Of a DNA stretch of 64,000 bases, positions 24,601 through 35,356 are shown piece by piece; position 1 is the first letter of the stretch, and each line of letters opens with the position of its first letter. This DNA comes from Amoebophrya sp. A120 (taxonomy: Eukaryota > Protista > Dinoflagellata). The translations under genes and the position numbers were made by a program. The DNA is taken from positions 12,409,621-12,473,620 of the forward strand of contig CAJINV010000002.1 of assembly GCA_905178155.1 (NCBI GenBank), read 5' to 3'. Below the pieces are notes generated by a model. The model did not search any database. It was given only the letters and a program-made list of their open reading frames with translations, and was not told where the DNA came from.

Positions 24601-26624
24601 CTGCACGGCGAGGTGACTCGCGGTTTCCGGGTTCAGTGCGCCCGGCTGCGATGACGTGGGATCCGATCGGTCCAGAACCAACTCCCACAGGACCGGCAGC
24701 ACACACCTCAGGTGGTTCGTCAACTCCGTGCGGTTTTTCGCTAGCCACCGGTGCGCAGAGAGCGTCAGGTAGATGTTGGAGAGACACTGCAGGTGCTGGG
24801 CCAGCAGCAGCGTTTGTTTCGGGTCCGGCGCGGCCGCGCCTTCGCCGCGCCCGGCTGCGAAGAGCGGCATGGCAAACACATCCATGTACTCCTTCATCGA
24901 GGGAAGGATGAAATCCACGCCGACCGAGCTTGAGAAATTTGTGTTCGCCGCCGGAAGCCAGTAGTGGAACGCGCGCAATACCTCGATGATCAGCATTGGA
25001 TAGGCCTTCTTCTGCAACAGATGCCGCAAGATGCCGAAGAGTTCTTTGGGAAAGTCGTTGTACAAATCCTGCTGCTTTCGATCGTCTACGTAGCGCAGCT
25101 TCTTTTCGCCGGCGATGCGCAACACCCACTGCACGCTGTTCAGGATCTTTCCCAACGGCGGCACCCCCGGAAGTTGCACGTCCTGTTCCGGGAGTTGCTT
25201 ACAGCTGGACAAATTTACCTCCCAATACTTCTGCAGGAGCTGGTGCTGGAGCTGCAAAAACTTTTCGTCCTTGTACAATGTCGTGGCATAGTGGTTTTGA
25301 GGATTGTTCGCAGTGCCGCTGCTAGAGGACGAGGAACTGCTGCCACCGGCCTGGGTGTTTGAGAACGATGGGGCGCTTGGTGTCCCGGCGGTCAGAAAGT
25401 TTGCGCTGTTGAAGGCGAATGCGTACTGCTTCAGGCTGGGCGTGGTCGCCGCGGGGTCGTTGTCGTCGAATTCGAGCTCGTCGACCGTATCCACCGTGCC
25501 CATCTTTGCGCCCATCGACGGACCGTCATCGTTCTGGCTCACCAGCAAGTTCTCCCCCGACGTGTTTTCGCCTTGCTGATTGCCATTGCCCCCATCCGCG
25601 TTTCCGTTCTCGCCGCCCACGCCGCCGTTTTGTCCGCCCTGTTGCATCATCATCCCGTGCTTGGCCCCCGCGCTGGGTCGAGACTTGTTCGCGGCCCCGG
25701 CCACAAAGGGGTGGTGCAGCAACCCCGGCCAGGAGAGCCGCTGCTGGGGGTCCTTGCGCAGCAGACCCTGCAGAAAATCCTTGAAGTGCGCCCCCATGTT
25801 TGAGGGGTAAGAGACGGTGTCCTTGACGATGAGGTGGATCAAGCTGTACAAGCTGTTAGCGTAGAACGGCGGTGTACCGACGAAGAGCTCAAACAGGATC
25901 ACGCCCACCGACCACAGGTCCGCGGTGTGGTTGTAGGGCAGCTCTTGCACCAGCTCCGGCGCCATGTACAGTGGTGTCCCCTTGATGCTAGTCAGCACCA
26001 CCGTGTTGCAGCTCATGGCGCGTGCAAACCCGAAGTCGCAAAGCTTGATCTGCTCGTTGGGCCCGACAAGCACGTTCTGCGGCTTCATGTCTCGGTGGAT
26101 GATGCGGTGGGAGTGCAGGTAGTGCAGGGCCTGAATCAGCTGCACTGCAATCGCCTGCACCTGAAGTTCAAATTTTCTCAAGTACGGTTTACAGAAGTAG
26201 AGTTCATCTTGCAGAGAATGTCAACATCAATCTGGATCATTTTGGCCCGTCCTCATCAGGTCGATGAGGAAAACTAAATAAGGGGTACTTCTTCTTCATA
26301 ATCACGATCTTTACTTACCTCTGGCTCCGGGAGGTTTTTGTCGTCTTGGAAAACATCGAAAAGCTCTCCGTGGGCGAACTCGGTCACGAGGCAAAAGTCC
26401 GTTGTTGTCTCGAAGCTGTCGAACAGACATATGATGTTTGGGTGCTCCAGACGCTTCAAAATGCTGATTTCGGATCGCAAATTCCTTAGGTCCTTGTCTG
26501 ACTTGCCCCGCTTCGAGATGAACTTCAGTCCGACGATCTGTCCGCTGTACTTCCGCCGGCCCTTGAAAACCTTGCCGAAGCAGCCCTCGCCCACCAGATG
26601 AAGCACATGATAGCGATCCATCAC
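21609..26624 (-). CDS. STK36: Serine/threonine kinase Fused/STK36 (TIO) with C-terminal ARM/HEAT repeats; about 5 exons
   Basis: [35 protein letters not shown]...HRDMKPQN...[33 protein letters not shown] and C-terminal [14 protein letters not shown]...[20 protein letters not shown] introns include 26318-26161 and 24335-24183. Confidence 0.92.
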
Positions 26625-27341
26625 GTCGAGCCGGGTGCTCCTCCTCCTCTGCGGAGTGGAAACCTAGTGTACCGCCGCTCCCGCCCTCGTCCTCGTGACT
26701 GGTGTGCTCATTAACGCAATTCCTGCAGCTCTGTTTCGCCAGCGCTTCCTCTGCTACAGACCACGCAGGTGGTCGCTAATGGCGATAATTGGGATGACAT
26801 GTTAGTCTATGCGTTACCGAAACCTCATCGCACGCACTTTGACTTCATTTCCTTGATACTTTAGATTTTCTTTACTATCTTTTACTTATACTTTTTTCTT
26901 CCTTCATCTTGCATTTGGATTTTCATTTTTGCTATATCACGTCTACGGTACTGCTATCGAGCCTGCAGCGCAGGCGTCACCATCATTAATGTTCAACATA
27001 CCGACCACACTTCAGCAACCTGAAAACGAAAAGGAGTAACACAGCACGAACACCTGGAACTGCGCGACAGACACAAGCCATTTAGAATTAGAATGAGATT
27101 AACATTAAGATTTACGAAAATGAGAGAAAAATAAAACAAAACCGCGCTAAGAGCAGGCGTGGCCAAACCCAAACGCGAGAACACGGACCATAGAACACAG
27201 ACCCGCTTGCGTTTGCTCAAACGTCCATGAGCATCGGCCTAGGACGAGCATGGTGCTCAAAGTAAAGTGTGGATGTATGATGGCGACCACGTTGCGCCGC
27301 CATCGTTTTTCGACACCAACGACGACGTTCTGCCGTAACCA

Positions 27342-29490
27342 CTAAGACAACTTTGCAAGTTCTTCGGAGAAAATCGCGCAAAAACGTGCGAGGTCTGTGA
27401 AGGTATTGTACAATGGTGCCGGCGTAATGCGAAGTGCATCTGGCCGCCTGTAGTCCACGACGACTCCGCGCGCTTCTACCGCCTCGTGCACCTTCTTACA
27501 GGTGTCTGATTTTTTGAACTTCAAAGTCAGCATGGAACCCCGGCTGTCTGGGTTTTTTGGCGTAATAATTGTGAACGGCTTTATTTGTAGTTCTTCCTCA
27601 CCTGCTGCCGCAGCACCAGTTGTCTTCCGCGAAATCATCTCCGGCACTACTTCGTCCAAGAGTTCAAATAAGAACGCGGTCAGCCTTTTGCTCCGAACGC
27701 GCAAGTCCTCCATGCTGGTTTGGTCGAACACTCGGAGGCTGGCGATCAGACACATCATTAGCATGACACCGGGGTTTGACAAGCTGAACGCTTTCGCCCC
27801 TGCGGCCGGCTGGAGTTTATGCTTCATCTCAAATCTTGTGCTTTTGTCGTGGCTCCACCAGCCGGCGAGCCGCTTCGTGCCCACATCCTTCGACCACTCA
27901 CGGTTCAAGACGTGCTCTGATGTGCGTTAGCAGAGAAATCATTCTTGCCTTTAGCACTTGACATCACTGCGCTTGCGTACAAAAAAGAATGTAGGTCTCA
28001 GCCTTAAACCTGTAAAGAACCAAAGAAAGAACAAGAATTGGTTCCTTACCGTCCCCACTACCGCCGTGCATCGGGGGCACCTCGGAAGCCTCTCCAGCTT
28101 CTTCCGATATATGTCCTATCGAGGGTGTGCTTCTCAGCTTTATCACCTGCTGGTTAGTCGGAGTGCTTTCCGCATACGAAGACCTTTCCCGCAATACGTC
28201 ATCCTCGTCAATAGTTCCTGAACTTAACGCCGCCCCGTGCTCGCTCGGCAGTTTGGTACTAGTCGTTTGTACCGCTCCAGCGTCCAGCAGATTCATGGTT
28301 TGCAAGTGCCGTTCGTGCACAAAAAAACCTCCGATACAACCCGGTCCGCTGTTCAGGTACTTGTACGTGCAAAACGAGGCAGCGTCGACGTTCCACTTGT
28401 GCAGCTCCAGTGGCACGTTGCCGACCGCGTGCGCAAGATCGAACAGCGCGACCACACCGTTTTCGTGGGCGACTTTGGTGATTTTAGCAACGTCGAAGAA
28501 CTGCCCGCTGTAGTACTGGACTGCGCCCAGGCAGAGGACCGCGATCTCGCGGTCTTCGCGCAACAGTTCGCAGAGCCTCTCCTCGTCGACGAGATCGGTA
28601 TCAGGGTCCGCGGGAACGGGCAGCAAGGCCTCCTCCGGGTCCAGGTCGTGGAGCTGTGCTTGGCTCTGAAACACGAAAAAGTCACTGGGAAAGGCCTGGG
28701 CTTCGTACAAGATCTTGAACCGCCGGTTGCGCTCCGGCCGGTAAAACGTCGTAAACATCAGGTGCAGGTTCACAGAAAGCGTGTTCATTATGCAAACCTG
28801 GAAGAGGTGTGCAGACGGTTCTTGTGGTGAAAACAATGATAGTTGTTTGCGGTATCCTCAGGGCGAGGGCGCGCCCTCTGTCAGACAGTTGTACCGTCGG
28901 AAGTTGTTCTTCCGATACCAGAATAAGTGGGAAAAATTTTCAAAAGATCGCAGCAAAGAAAAGTGGTTGGCAAATGAGTAAAATCCGACTACCTCTTCCA
29001 CTTTCGCACCGAGCACCCTTGCGGCCGCCGGGGTTGCAAATTCGTCGATGGGCATCCAGGGAAAGTCCCCGGAAAAGTGTCCGTTCACACCGAACTGCCC
29101 CCATTTGTCCAGCTCGTTTAACAGTAGCTCCCGGGTCTCCTTTGGTTGCAGGCCCAGGGAATGCCCGACGAGGTACACCGATTCCTCGTCCTCGTCTACC
29201 GGCGACAATGGTCCTCCGCCCCCGGATTTGTTCGCCGCTGGAGGTGCCGCGAAGCTTTTCAGGGGAGGTATCCGAAACCTGTCGCGAAAGCATCGACTGG
29301 GCAAAGAACAGCTGCTGCTGCTAGACGACGCCGTGGTGGACGACGACGAGAGAATGCTTTGACTCGCATCCAGCTTGCCAGCGATCTCCAGTGCATTACC
29401 GGCAAGGAGATGCTCCTTCGCAGCACCCTGCTGGGACAGCCACTGGAACGGATCCTCGCGTAGCTGTAGGCTGGGGTTTTCAACGACCAT
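27342..29490 (-). CDS. KYNU: Kynureninase (PLP-dependent); three exons (about 29490-28993, 28797-28050, 27917-27342)
   Basis: YLVGHSLGLQPK, MNTLSVNLHLMFTTFYRP, AFPSD, FDLAHAVGNVPLELH.W.VD, CTYKYLNSGPG, RLAGWWSH and RITPAPLYNTF motifs. Confidence 0.95.
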
Positions 29491-29891
29491 GCTGGTGGAA
29501 TTGTCAGATATTTTTGTTTGGGCAAGTAGGACAAGGTCGTGAAATTTTCGATGCAAGCTTAGTAAAGTTTTTACACATTGCCTACAAATATCACTTAGCA
29601 GTTCCTCTCCACCTGCTCTCTAGGCAAAACACGCCGGTGGCGTTGCTCTTGCTGTGAACATAAAAAGCAGCAACATAAAGCAACCACACGGCGTGGGACT
29701 ACATGATCTGAACCTGAAATACAAACAGTGCATGACGAAACAAAGACAACTACATGTGTGCTCGCTTCTTCTAATACATAGGTGAGCGACAAAGAACCAA
29801 TGTACTCAACATGCTACAGAAACCGAACACCGAATCCCAAAATCTTTGAAGCGATATCAATCGTGTCTTTGGATTTAATTGTTTTTCCCCA

Positions 29892-30476
29892 TCAAGACGC
29901 ACAGATCGCATGGCAGACAAATAGCGCTGCCACTGAAACCATGGCGTCCGACAAGTTAAAAGCGTATCCAAGACAAACAACTTCCACGTAATCCACCACG
30001 TAGCCGCGCGTTGCGCGATCAAGCAAATTGCTCGAACTCCCTGCGCAGAAAAAGACAAGCGGCAGAAAGAACCTCGTCCAGTCGCTTCTAGTCCTCGTCG
30101 TGCAAGAACAATTCTTACTGTTTTGGACACGGAGAATGTTTCGCAGGAAGGAGAAGTGTTGCAGGGCCGGAGCCGGACAAAACTGCATTAGCAGTGGAAT
30201 AGAAATGATCCCAGCGAGGACCGAAGCGTGCAATGCGTTTGCATACTGTGCCGAAAGCAATGCGGTCCCGTAGTTTCTTCGGTACGTCAACCGGAACTGT
30301 CCCAGAGCGAACGACTCCTCCCAGTGCCTTGGTTCGTTAACCTTCTGCTGCACGGCAAGCTTCAACCGCTGCTCGAAAGCATTCCACAGAAAGCAAAGCC
30401 CAGCAACTGCAACCACGAGAATCGAGGGAGACACATCTTTGATTTTTCTATTTCTACCAAAATGTTGGCAATACAT
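29892..30476 (-). CDS. lspA: Lipoprotein signal peptidase II (peptidase A8, LspA)-like membrane protein
   Basis: Ordered motifs EQRLK (cf. DQxxK), FRLTYRRNYGTA (cf. F.lt...N.GaA), GSSSNLLDRATRGYVVDY (cf. GaxGNxxDR...GxVVD) and AFNLSD (cf. FNxAD), with about four hydrophobic segments. Confidence 0.8.
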   Translation of the reverse strand: MYCQHFGRNRKIKDVSPSILVVAVAGLCFLWNAFEQRLKLAVQQKVNEPRHWEESFALGQFRLTYRRNYGTALLSAQYANALHASVLAGIISIPLLMQFCPAPALQHFSFLRNILRVQNSKNCSCTTRTRSDWTRFFLPLVFFCAGSSSNLLDRATRGYVVDYVEVVCLGYAFNLSDAMVSVAALFVCHAICAS

Positions 30477-30882
30477 AGGATCTGCACCGGATCTCCATAC
30501 GCTCGCACGAAGTGCTAGACACTGCTCAGTATCATATCAAGCTGAAGAACTTCCATTCACTTTTTTGCATTGCACAGGGCAGATTCCGAGGCCACGGTTT
30601 GCTGCGAGAACCCATCTAGACGAGATATGCGAGGCAATTCTTCCTCGAACAACCTCCGCAAAACACGTTTTTCGTTACTGCAAGAGATCTCGGTTTCATT
30701 TTCTTTTCCTCGTCATGCCCGACCCGTCTGGCAACGACGCGAATTTGTAAAATGAACTTGAAGTTTCTAATTGTCTATTTTCTATGAATTCGCGGTCTCC
30801 GCTTGAAGGGTTTGCTTTCTACTGCTAGTTCGAGAAAAACACTGTGTGGCAAAAACGTCTTTGGCTACCTGAAGAAACGAGC

Positions 30883-32874
30883 ATGTATTTCGTCCGGTCG
30901 AGACCGTCCGATAGATACCCGAAGGCCCAATATTTTCAAAAGTCCGAAGACTAGCACTAAATAAGGAAGGGACCGCCTAGTAGCATTTCGTCCGGTCGAG
31001 GCCGTCCGATAGTCACCCGAAGGGCGCTTATTTTCTAAAGTCCGAAGACTAGCACTATATAAGGGATCGGCTAGCGTCTAGCTTCCGAGGAAGCATAATC
31101 GAATAGTCTCCGAAGAGGATTGCATGCAAGCGCTTTGATGGTGTACCTTGTGCCAACACTAAAGTAGCCTCCGAGGAGTGCAGAGATCGTTTTGGTTCGA
31201 GGTCTTTTTTTGCCGGTGGTTATCTACAAATAACTAAAAATATTAGTTCACTACCTTCAAGTCAGAGCGTACACGAACTGAGAAAACTACAAGTCAAAAT
31301 AAACAATACATTAATAGGACTCAAAAAAACGAACACTCATTGCATTTCGTCCGGTCGAGACCGTCCGACAGTCACCCGAAGGCCAGTTATTTTCTAAAGT
31401 CCGAAGACTAGCACTAAATAAGGGATCGGCTAGCGTCTAGCTTCCGAGGAAGCATAGTCGTATAGTCTCCGAAGAGAATTGAATGCAAATTTTTTTGGAG
31501 GAGAATCTAGAGCCAATACTAAAGTAGCCTCCGAGGAGTGCAGAGCTTGTTTTGGATCGAGGTCTTTTTTTGCCGGTGGATATCTACAAATCATAAGCTC
31601 ACTACCTTCGAGTCAGAGCGTAGAGCCGAGAAAATTTCAGGCCAGCATGTACGTTATAGCAAAACTTAGCTCTCTACTTTCAGGCCAAAATAAACATTAA
31701 TTGCATTTCGTCCGGTCGAGACCGTCCGATAGTCACCCGAAGGCCAATTATTTTCTAAAGTCCGAAGACTAGCACTAAATAAGGGATCGGCTAGCGTCTA
31801 GCTTCCGAGGAAGCATAGTCGTATAGTCTCCGAAGAGAATTGAATGCAAATTTTTTTGGAGGAGAATCTAGAGCCAATACTAAAGTAGCCTCCGAGGAGT
31901 GCAGAGCTTGTTTTGGATCGAGGTCTTTTTTTGCCGGTGGATATCTACAAATCATAAGCTCACTACCTTCGAGTCAGAGCGTAGAGCCGAGAAAATTTCA
32001 GGCCAGCATGTACGTTATAGCAAAACTTAGCTCTCTACTTTCAGGCCAAAATAAACATTAATTGCATTTCGTCCGGTCGAGACCGTCCGATAGTCACCCG
32101 AAGGCCAATTATTTTCTAAAGTCCGAAGACTAGCACTAAATAAGGGATCGGCTAGCGTCTAGCTTCCGAGGAAGCATAGTCGTATAGTCTCCGAAGAGAA
32201 TTGAATGCAAATTTTTTTGGAGGAGAATCTAGAGCCAATACTAAAGTAGCCTCCGAGGAGTGCAGAGCTTGTTTTGGATCGAGGTCTTTTTTTGCCGGTG
32301 GATATCTACAAATCATAAGCTCACTACCTTCGAGTCAGAGCGTAGAGCCGAGAAAATTTCAGGTCAGCATGTACGTTATAGCAAAACTTAGCTCTCTACT
32401 TTCAGGCCAAAATAAACATTAATTGCATTTCGTCCGGTCGAGACCGTCCGATAGTCACCCGAAGGCCAATTATTTTCTAAAGTCCGAAGACTAGCACTAA
32501 ATAAGGGATCGGCTAGCGTCTAGCTTCCGAGGAAGCATAGTCGTATAGTCTCCGAAGAGAATTGAATGCAAATTTTTTTGGAGGAGAATCTAGAGCCAAT
32601 ACTAAAGTAGCCTCCGAGGAGTGCAGAGCTTGTTTTGGATCGAGGTCTTTTTTTGCCGGTGGATATCTACAAGTCATAAGCTCACTACCTTCGAGTCAGA
32701 GCGTAGAGCCGAGAAAATTTCAGGTCAGCATGTACGTTATAGCAAAACTTAGCTCTCTACTTTCAGGTCAAAATAAACATTAATTGCATTTCGTCCGGTC
32801 GAGACCGTCCGATAGTCACCCGAAGGCCAATTATTTTCTAAAGTCCGAAGACTAGCACGAAAATAAACATTAAT
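30883..32874. repeat. Tandem array of 361-bp units: truncated copy 30883-30980, diverged copy 30981-31339, four near-identical copies starting 31340/31701/32062/32423, partial copy 32784-32857
   Basis: The unit start TTGCATTTCGTCCGGTCGAGACCG recurs every 361 bp. The recurring 73-aa plus-strand ORFs have the same period. Confidence 0.97.
31701..31850 (-). ncRNA. Candidate structured RNA core within each repeat unit (one representative copy)
   Basis: Terminal stem TTGCATT/AATGCAA encloses hairpins that read UCUC-UUCG-GAGA, GCUUC-CUCG-GAAGC, AGUC-UUCG-GACU, GCC-UUCG-GGU and CGGU-CUCG-ACCG on the minus strand. Confidence 0.45.
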
Positions 32875-35356
32875 AGGGCGCCCAGTCCCAGAAATACATG
32901 TTTGTCCCATTCTCGGTTTGGTTCCACCCCGGAATCCATTCGCACAGTGACGGATCCCTCCACGTGTGCGTGCCCCAGCTGGTCGTGCACTGATAGTCTA
33001 TCAAGCCGGGCGCAAAACCGGGTCCCCTCACCCTCGGCTCCCGCCATTTTACGGGTGCTTCTTCCTTATCGTGCCAAAAAATGTTGTAAATGTGCCGAAG
33101 ATTTTCACCACTGCCGATCAGGATTTGCTGGTAGTCTTCCGCAACGTGTCCGGGCGCTAGGGCAAAGCGAAAGGAGAGGTTGTACATCACGGGGAAGAAC
33201 GGCAAGCAGAGCACGCACAGTATTGCTGCCACTTCGAGTACATAGGAAATCTTCGGAAGCAGAAGGCTGGCGCTTCCGTCGTACGGCAGGAAAATCGGAG
33301 TGGATGTCGTCGAGAAGGGTCTGCGTTCGCGATCATGTCGCTGAGGAAGCAAGGAAACGAGAATCGCAAATCCACTACAGAAGATCCACGAGAACACCAG
33401 GAACAGAGCGCGAAGCCGGAAAATCATTGGTGCCCACTGCACACGCAAGGAAAGCTCCTGGGGTGAGCAGACTCCTTCTACGCCAAGAGCCTGATGACGT
33501 GCCCAGTAATGTAGAACCTCGTCGTCGAAGACCAGTTGCTCGTCCATCGTTCCAAAAATCGCAGCAGTTAACGAGATCCCTTCGCCAAAAGTAAACTGGT
33601 AGGTCTGAAAAAGTACCAACACTGCCATCGCGAGAGGAGACCACACCGCGTGTAAGACCACTTGCCACCGCGTGTTTCGCAAGCGAAAGTACTCTATCGC
33701 GTCATGGGATCCCACTTGTACACGATCGGTCTCCGTTTCGCGCATTTTAACATCTTCTTCGGCTTTGGTAGAAGAAGGAACAGCTTCTCTGGCTTCTTTG
33801 GTGCTTTCCTGTTCCATTGCACGACGAGCGTCGGCTGTGGGGCTGGGCACAGCTGCCGTGAGCATGAAGCCGACACACGGAAGTACCAACCACAAAACGC
33901 GAAGCAACATCTCCAGGGGGGAAATCCCGGAGAAATTGAGCAGAGGAGAAGCGCTGTGCCACCACGTGCGCAAGCCCGAGCACCAATGCGGATAGAGGCC
34001 GGCAATCACCGTGTAGCGAGAGAGGAGCGCACACACAGCGTAGACGATGAGGCAAGAGGTCCAGATATTTCCCGCGCTGCTGCCTTGAAACTGGCAGACA
34101 CTCGACAGAGTGCCATCGGCCGCGAACGCGTGCGGCAACAGCATGAATTTTCGCAACGGTCGCTGGCGCTGCTTGCGGAGCGCGTCGTCTGCTGCATCTT
34201 CTGTTTGTTGTTGTTCACTGTGGTCAAGAACATCTTCACTGGGGTTCTCGGGTGTCGGAAGGTAAAGTACGGGCGGGAAAAACACAAGCTTGGTGGGTAA
34301 GAGCAGACCTATCACAACAGCCCCATAGCCAAGGAGGAGAAGCACGAGCATGACGAGGAAGTCCCTGCGCATGTTCGCAAGCGAATGCGCGATTTGGTTT
34401 TGCTGTATGATCTCGCTGACTGCACCCGCACTCGCGATGCGAGCCGCGGTCGTGTTCTGGAAAACTTGCTGGGTTGCCAGCTCTTTCCGCAGGTGCCGCA
34501 CAATTTCCCCCAGTTCGCTTACCACGTCCTCCAGTCGCTCCACCTTTTGCTGCCACGCGAAGCCATCTCCAGCTTCAGTGCCGTCTTCCGCGGAAGTAGG
34601 CACAGAGTTTGCACCTTGTACTTTCTGGGGCTGGTAGTTCCTGACGACTTTAGTATTTGACGGCGTCCCTCGGTGCTGTTCCTGTTGTCCCTCTGCTAAA
34701 GGCAGACGTTCTCCGAATCCCGCTTCCAGAAATTGAACTGCGGTTCCGGGCGATCCCGGGGGTTCTTCTGCAGTTCCTTTCGCTGTAAAACTCGTGGCAT
34801 GATTGTACGCAGAGGTCGGCTCTATTTCTTCTAGTTGCTGTTGCTGCTGGAACGAGTCACGCATCTCGATTCTGTCGTCAGCAAGGTCACCCCCGGTGCG
34901 CTTTATCATTTTCTCTGTCTCGGTCTGCGCCCACTGCGCCGCGCCAGTCCCCTCGTCCTGGCTCTGCTTGATTTGCGCGAGAACACTTGCGGCCGCTTCT
35001 TCTACTTCAGCTCCTCTCCAAAACTCCGCTGCTTGTTTCTGCTTTGCGGCCACATGGTGACCGTCGACCTCCTCGGAGATTTGCGTGTTCTCGTTGGCCA
35101 AAAACACATCATGGGTCAGGCGCGTAGCCAGAAGTCGGCGCTGCTCTTTGCGGTAGTGTTCGTCTCGCTCTTCCCAGATACCTCTCCCTGCTTCAACCGG
35201 GTCACCAGTACTAGTTGAACCTGTTCTACTACTTTCCGCAGCCACTACAACAGCCTCTTCAAATAATATTGCCCAGCGAGCAGCGAAGATCGAGAGGTGG
35301 AGCGCAACGCAGCGCAGATGCGCTTTTTTGTTTTTCATTGAAGTAGGAGCACACAT
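32870..35356 (-). CDS. Signal-peptide, coiled-coil and multi-TM protein (paralog of 5287-7823)
   Basis: 828-aa ORF. Shares GTLSSVCQ, LSRYT, LEM.LR.L.LV.P..GF.LTA..PS, Q..FGEG.S and ..VLEV.A blocks with the 5287-7823 product. Confidence 0.8.
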   Translation of the reverse strand: MCAPTSMKNKKAHLRCVALHLSIFAARWAILFEEAVVVAAESSRTGSTSTGDPVEAGRGIWEERDEHYRKEQRRLLATRLTHDVFLANENTQISEEVDGHHVAAKQKQAAEFWRGAEVEEAAASVLAQIKQSQDEGTGAAQWAQTETEKMIKRTGGDLADDRIEMRDSFQQQQQLEEIEPTSAYNHATSFTAKGTAEEPPGSPGTAVQFLEAGFGERLPLAEGQQEQHRGTPSNTKVVRNYQPQKVQGANSVPTSAEDGTEAGDGFAWQQKVERLEDVVSELGEIVRHLRKELATQQVFQNTTAARIASAGAVSEIIQQNQIAHSLANMRRDFLVMLVLLLLGYGAVVIGLLLPTKLVFFPPVLYLPTPENPSEDVLDHSEQQQTEDAADDALRKQRQRPLRKFMLLPHAFAADGTLSSVCQFQGSSAGNIWTSCLIVYAVCALLSRYTVIAGLYPHWCSGLRTWWHSASPLLNFSGISPLEMLLRVLWLVLPCVGFMLTAAVPSPTADARRAMEQESTKEAREAVPSSTKAEEDVKMRETETDRVQVGSHDAIEYFRLRNTRWQVVLHAVWSPLAMAVLVLFQTYQFTFGEGISLTAAIFGTMDEQLVFDDEVLHYWARHQALGVEGVCSPQELSLRVQWAPMIFRLRALFLVFSWIFCSGFAILVSLLPQRHDRERRPFSTTSTPIFLPYDGSASLLLPKISYVLEVAAILCVLCLPFFPVMYNLSFRFALAPGHVAEDYQQILIGSGENLRHIYNIFWHDKEEAPVKWREPRVRGPGFAPGLIDYQCTTSWGTHTWRDPSLCEWIPGWNQTENGTNMYFWDWAPY

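Noticed and set aside
31701-31835. Hammerhead-like GGACGAAA and group I R-like GAGACUAUACG on the minus strand of the repeat
   Set aside because: There is no CUGANGA partner for a hammerhead, and no P3/P4 partners or proper S element for a group I core.
31479-32783. Four repeated 73-aa plus-strand ORFs
   Set aside because: They are by-products of the 361-bp repeat: TTG start, not preserved in the diverged copy, no recognisable motif.
30883-32874. CRISPR array, 5S rRNA, spliced-leader RNA or spliceosomal snRNA interpretation of the repeat
   Set aside because: There are no unique spacers or cas genes, no dinoflagellate SL sequence, and no U1/U2/U5/U6 or 5S signature. An Sm-like AATTTTTTTGG is present on the plus strand but is lost in the diverged copy.
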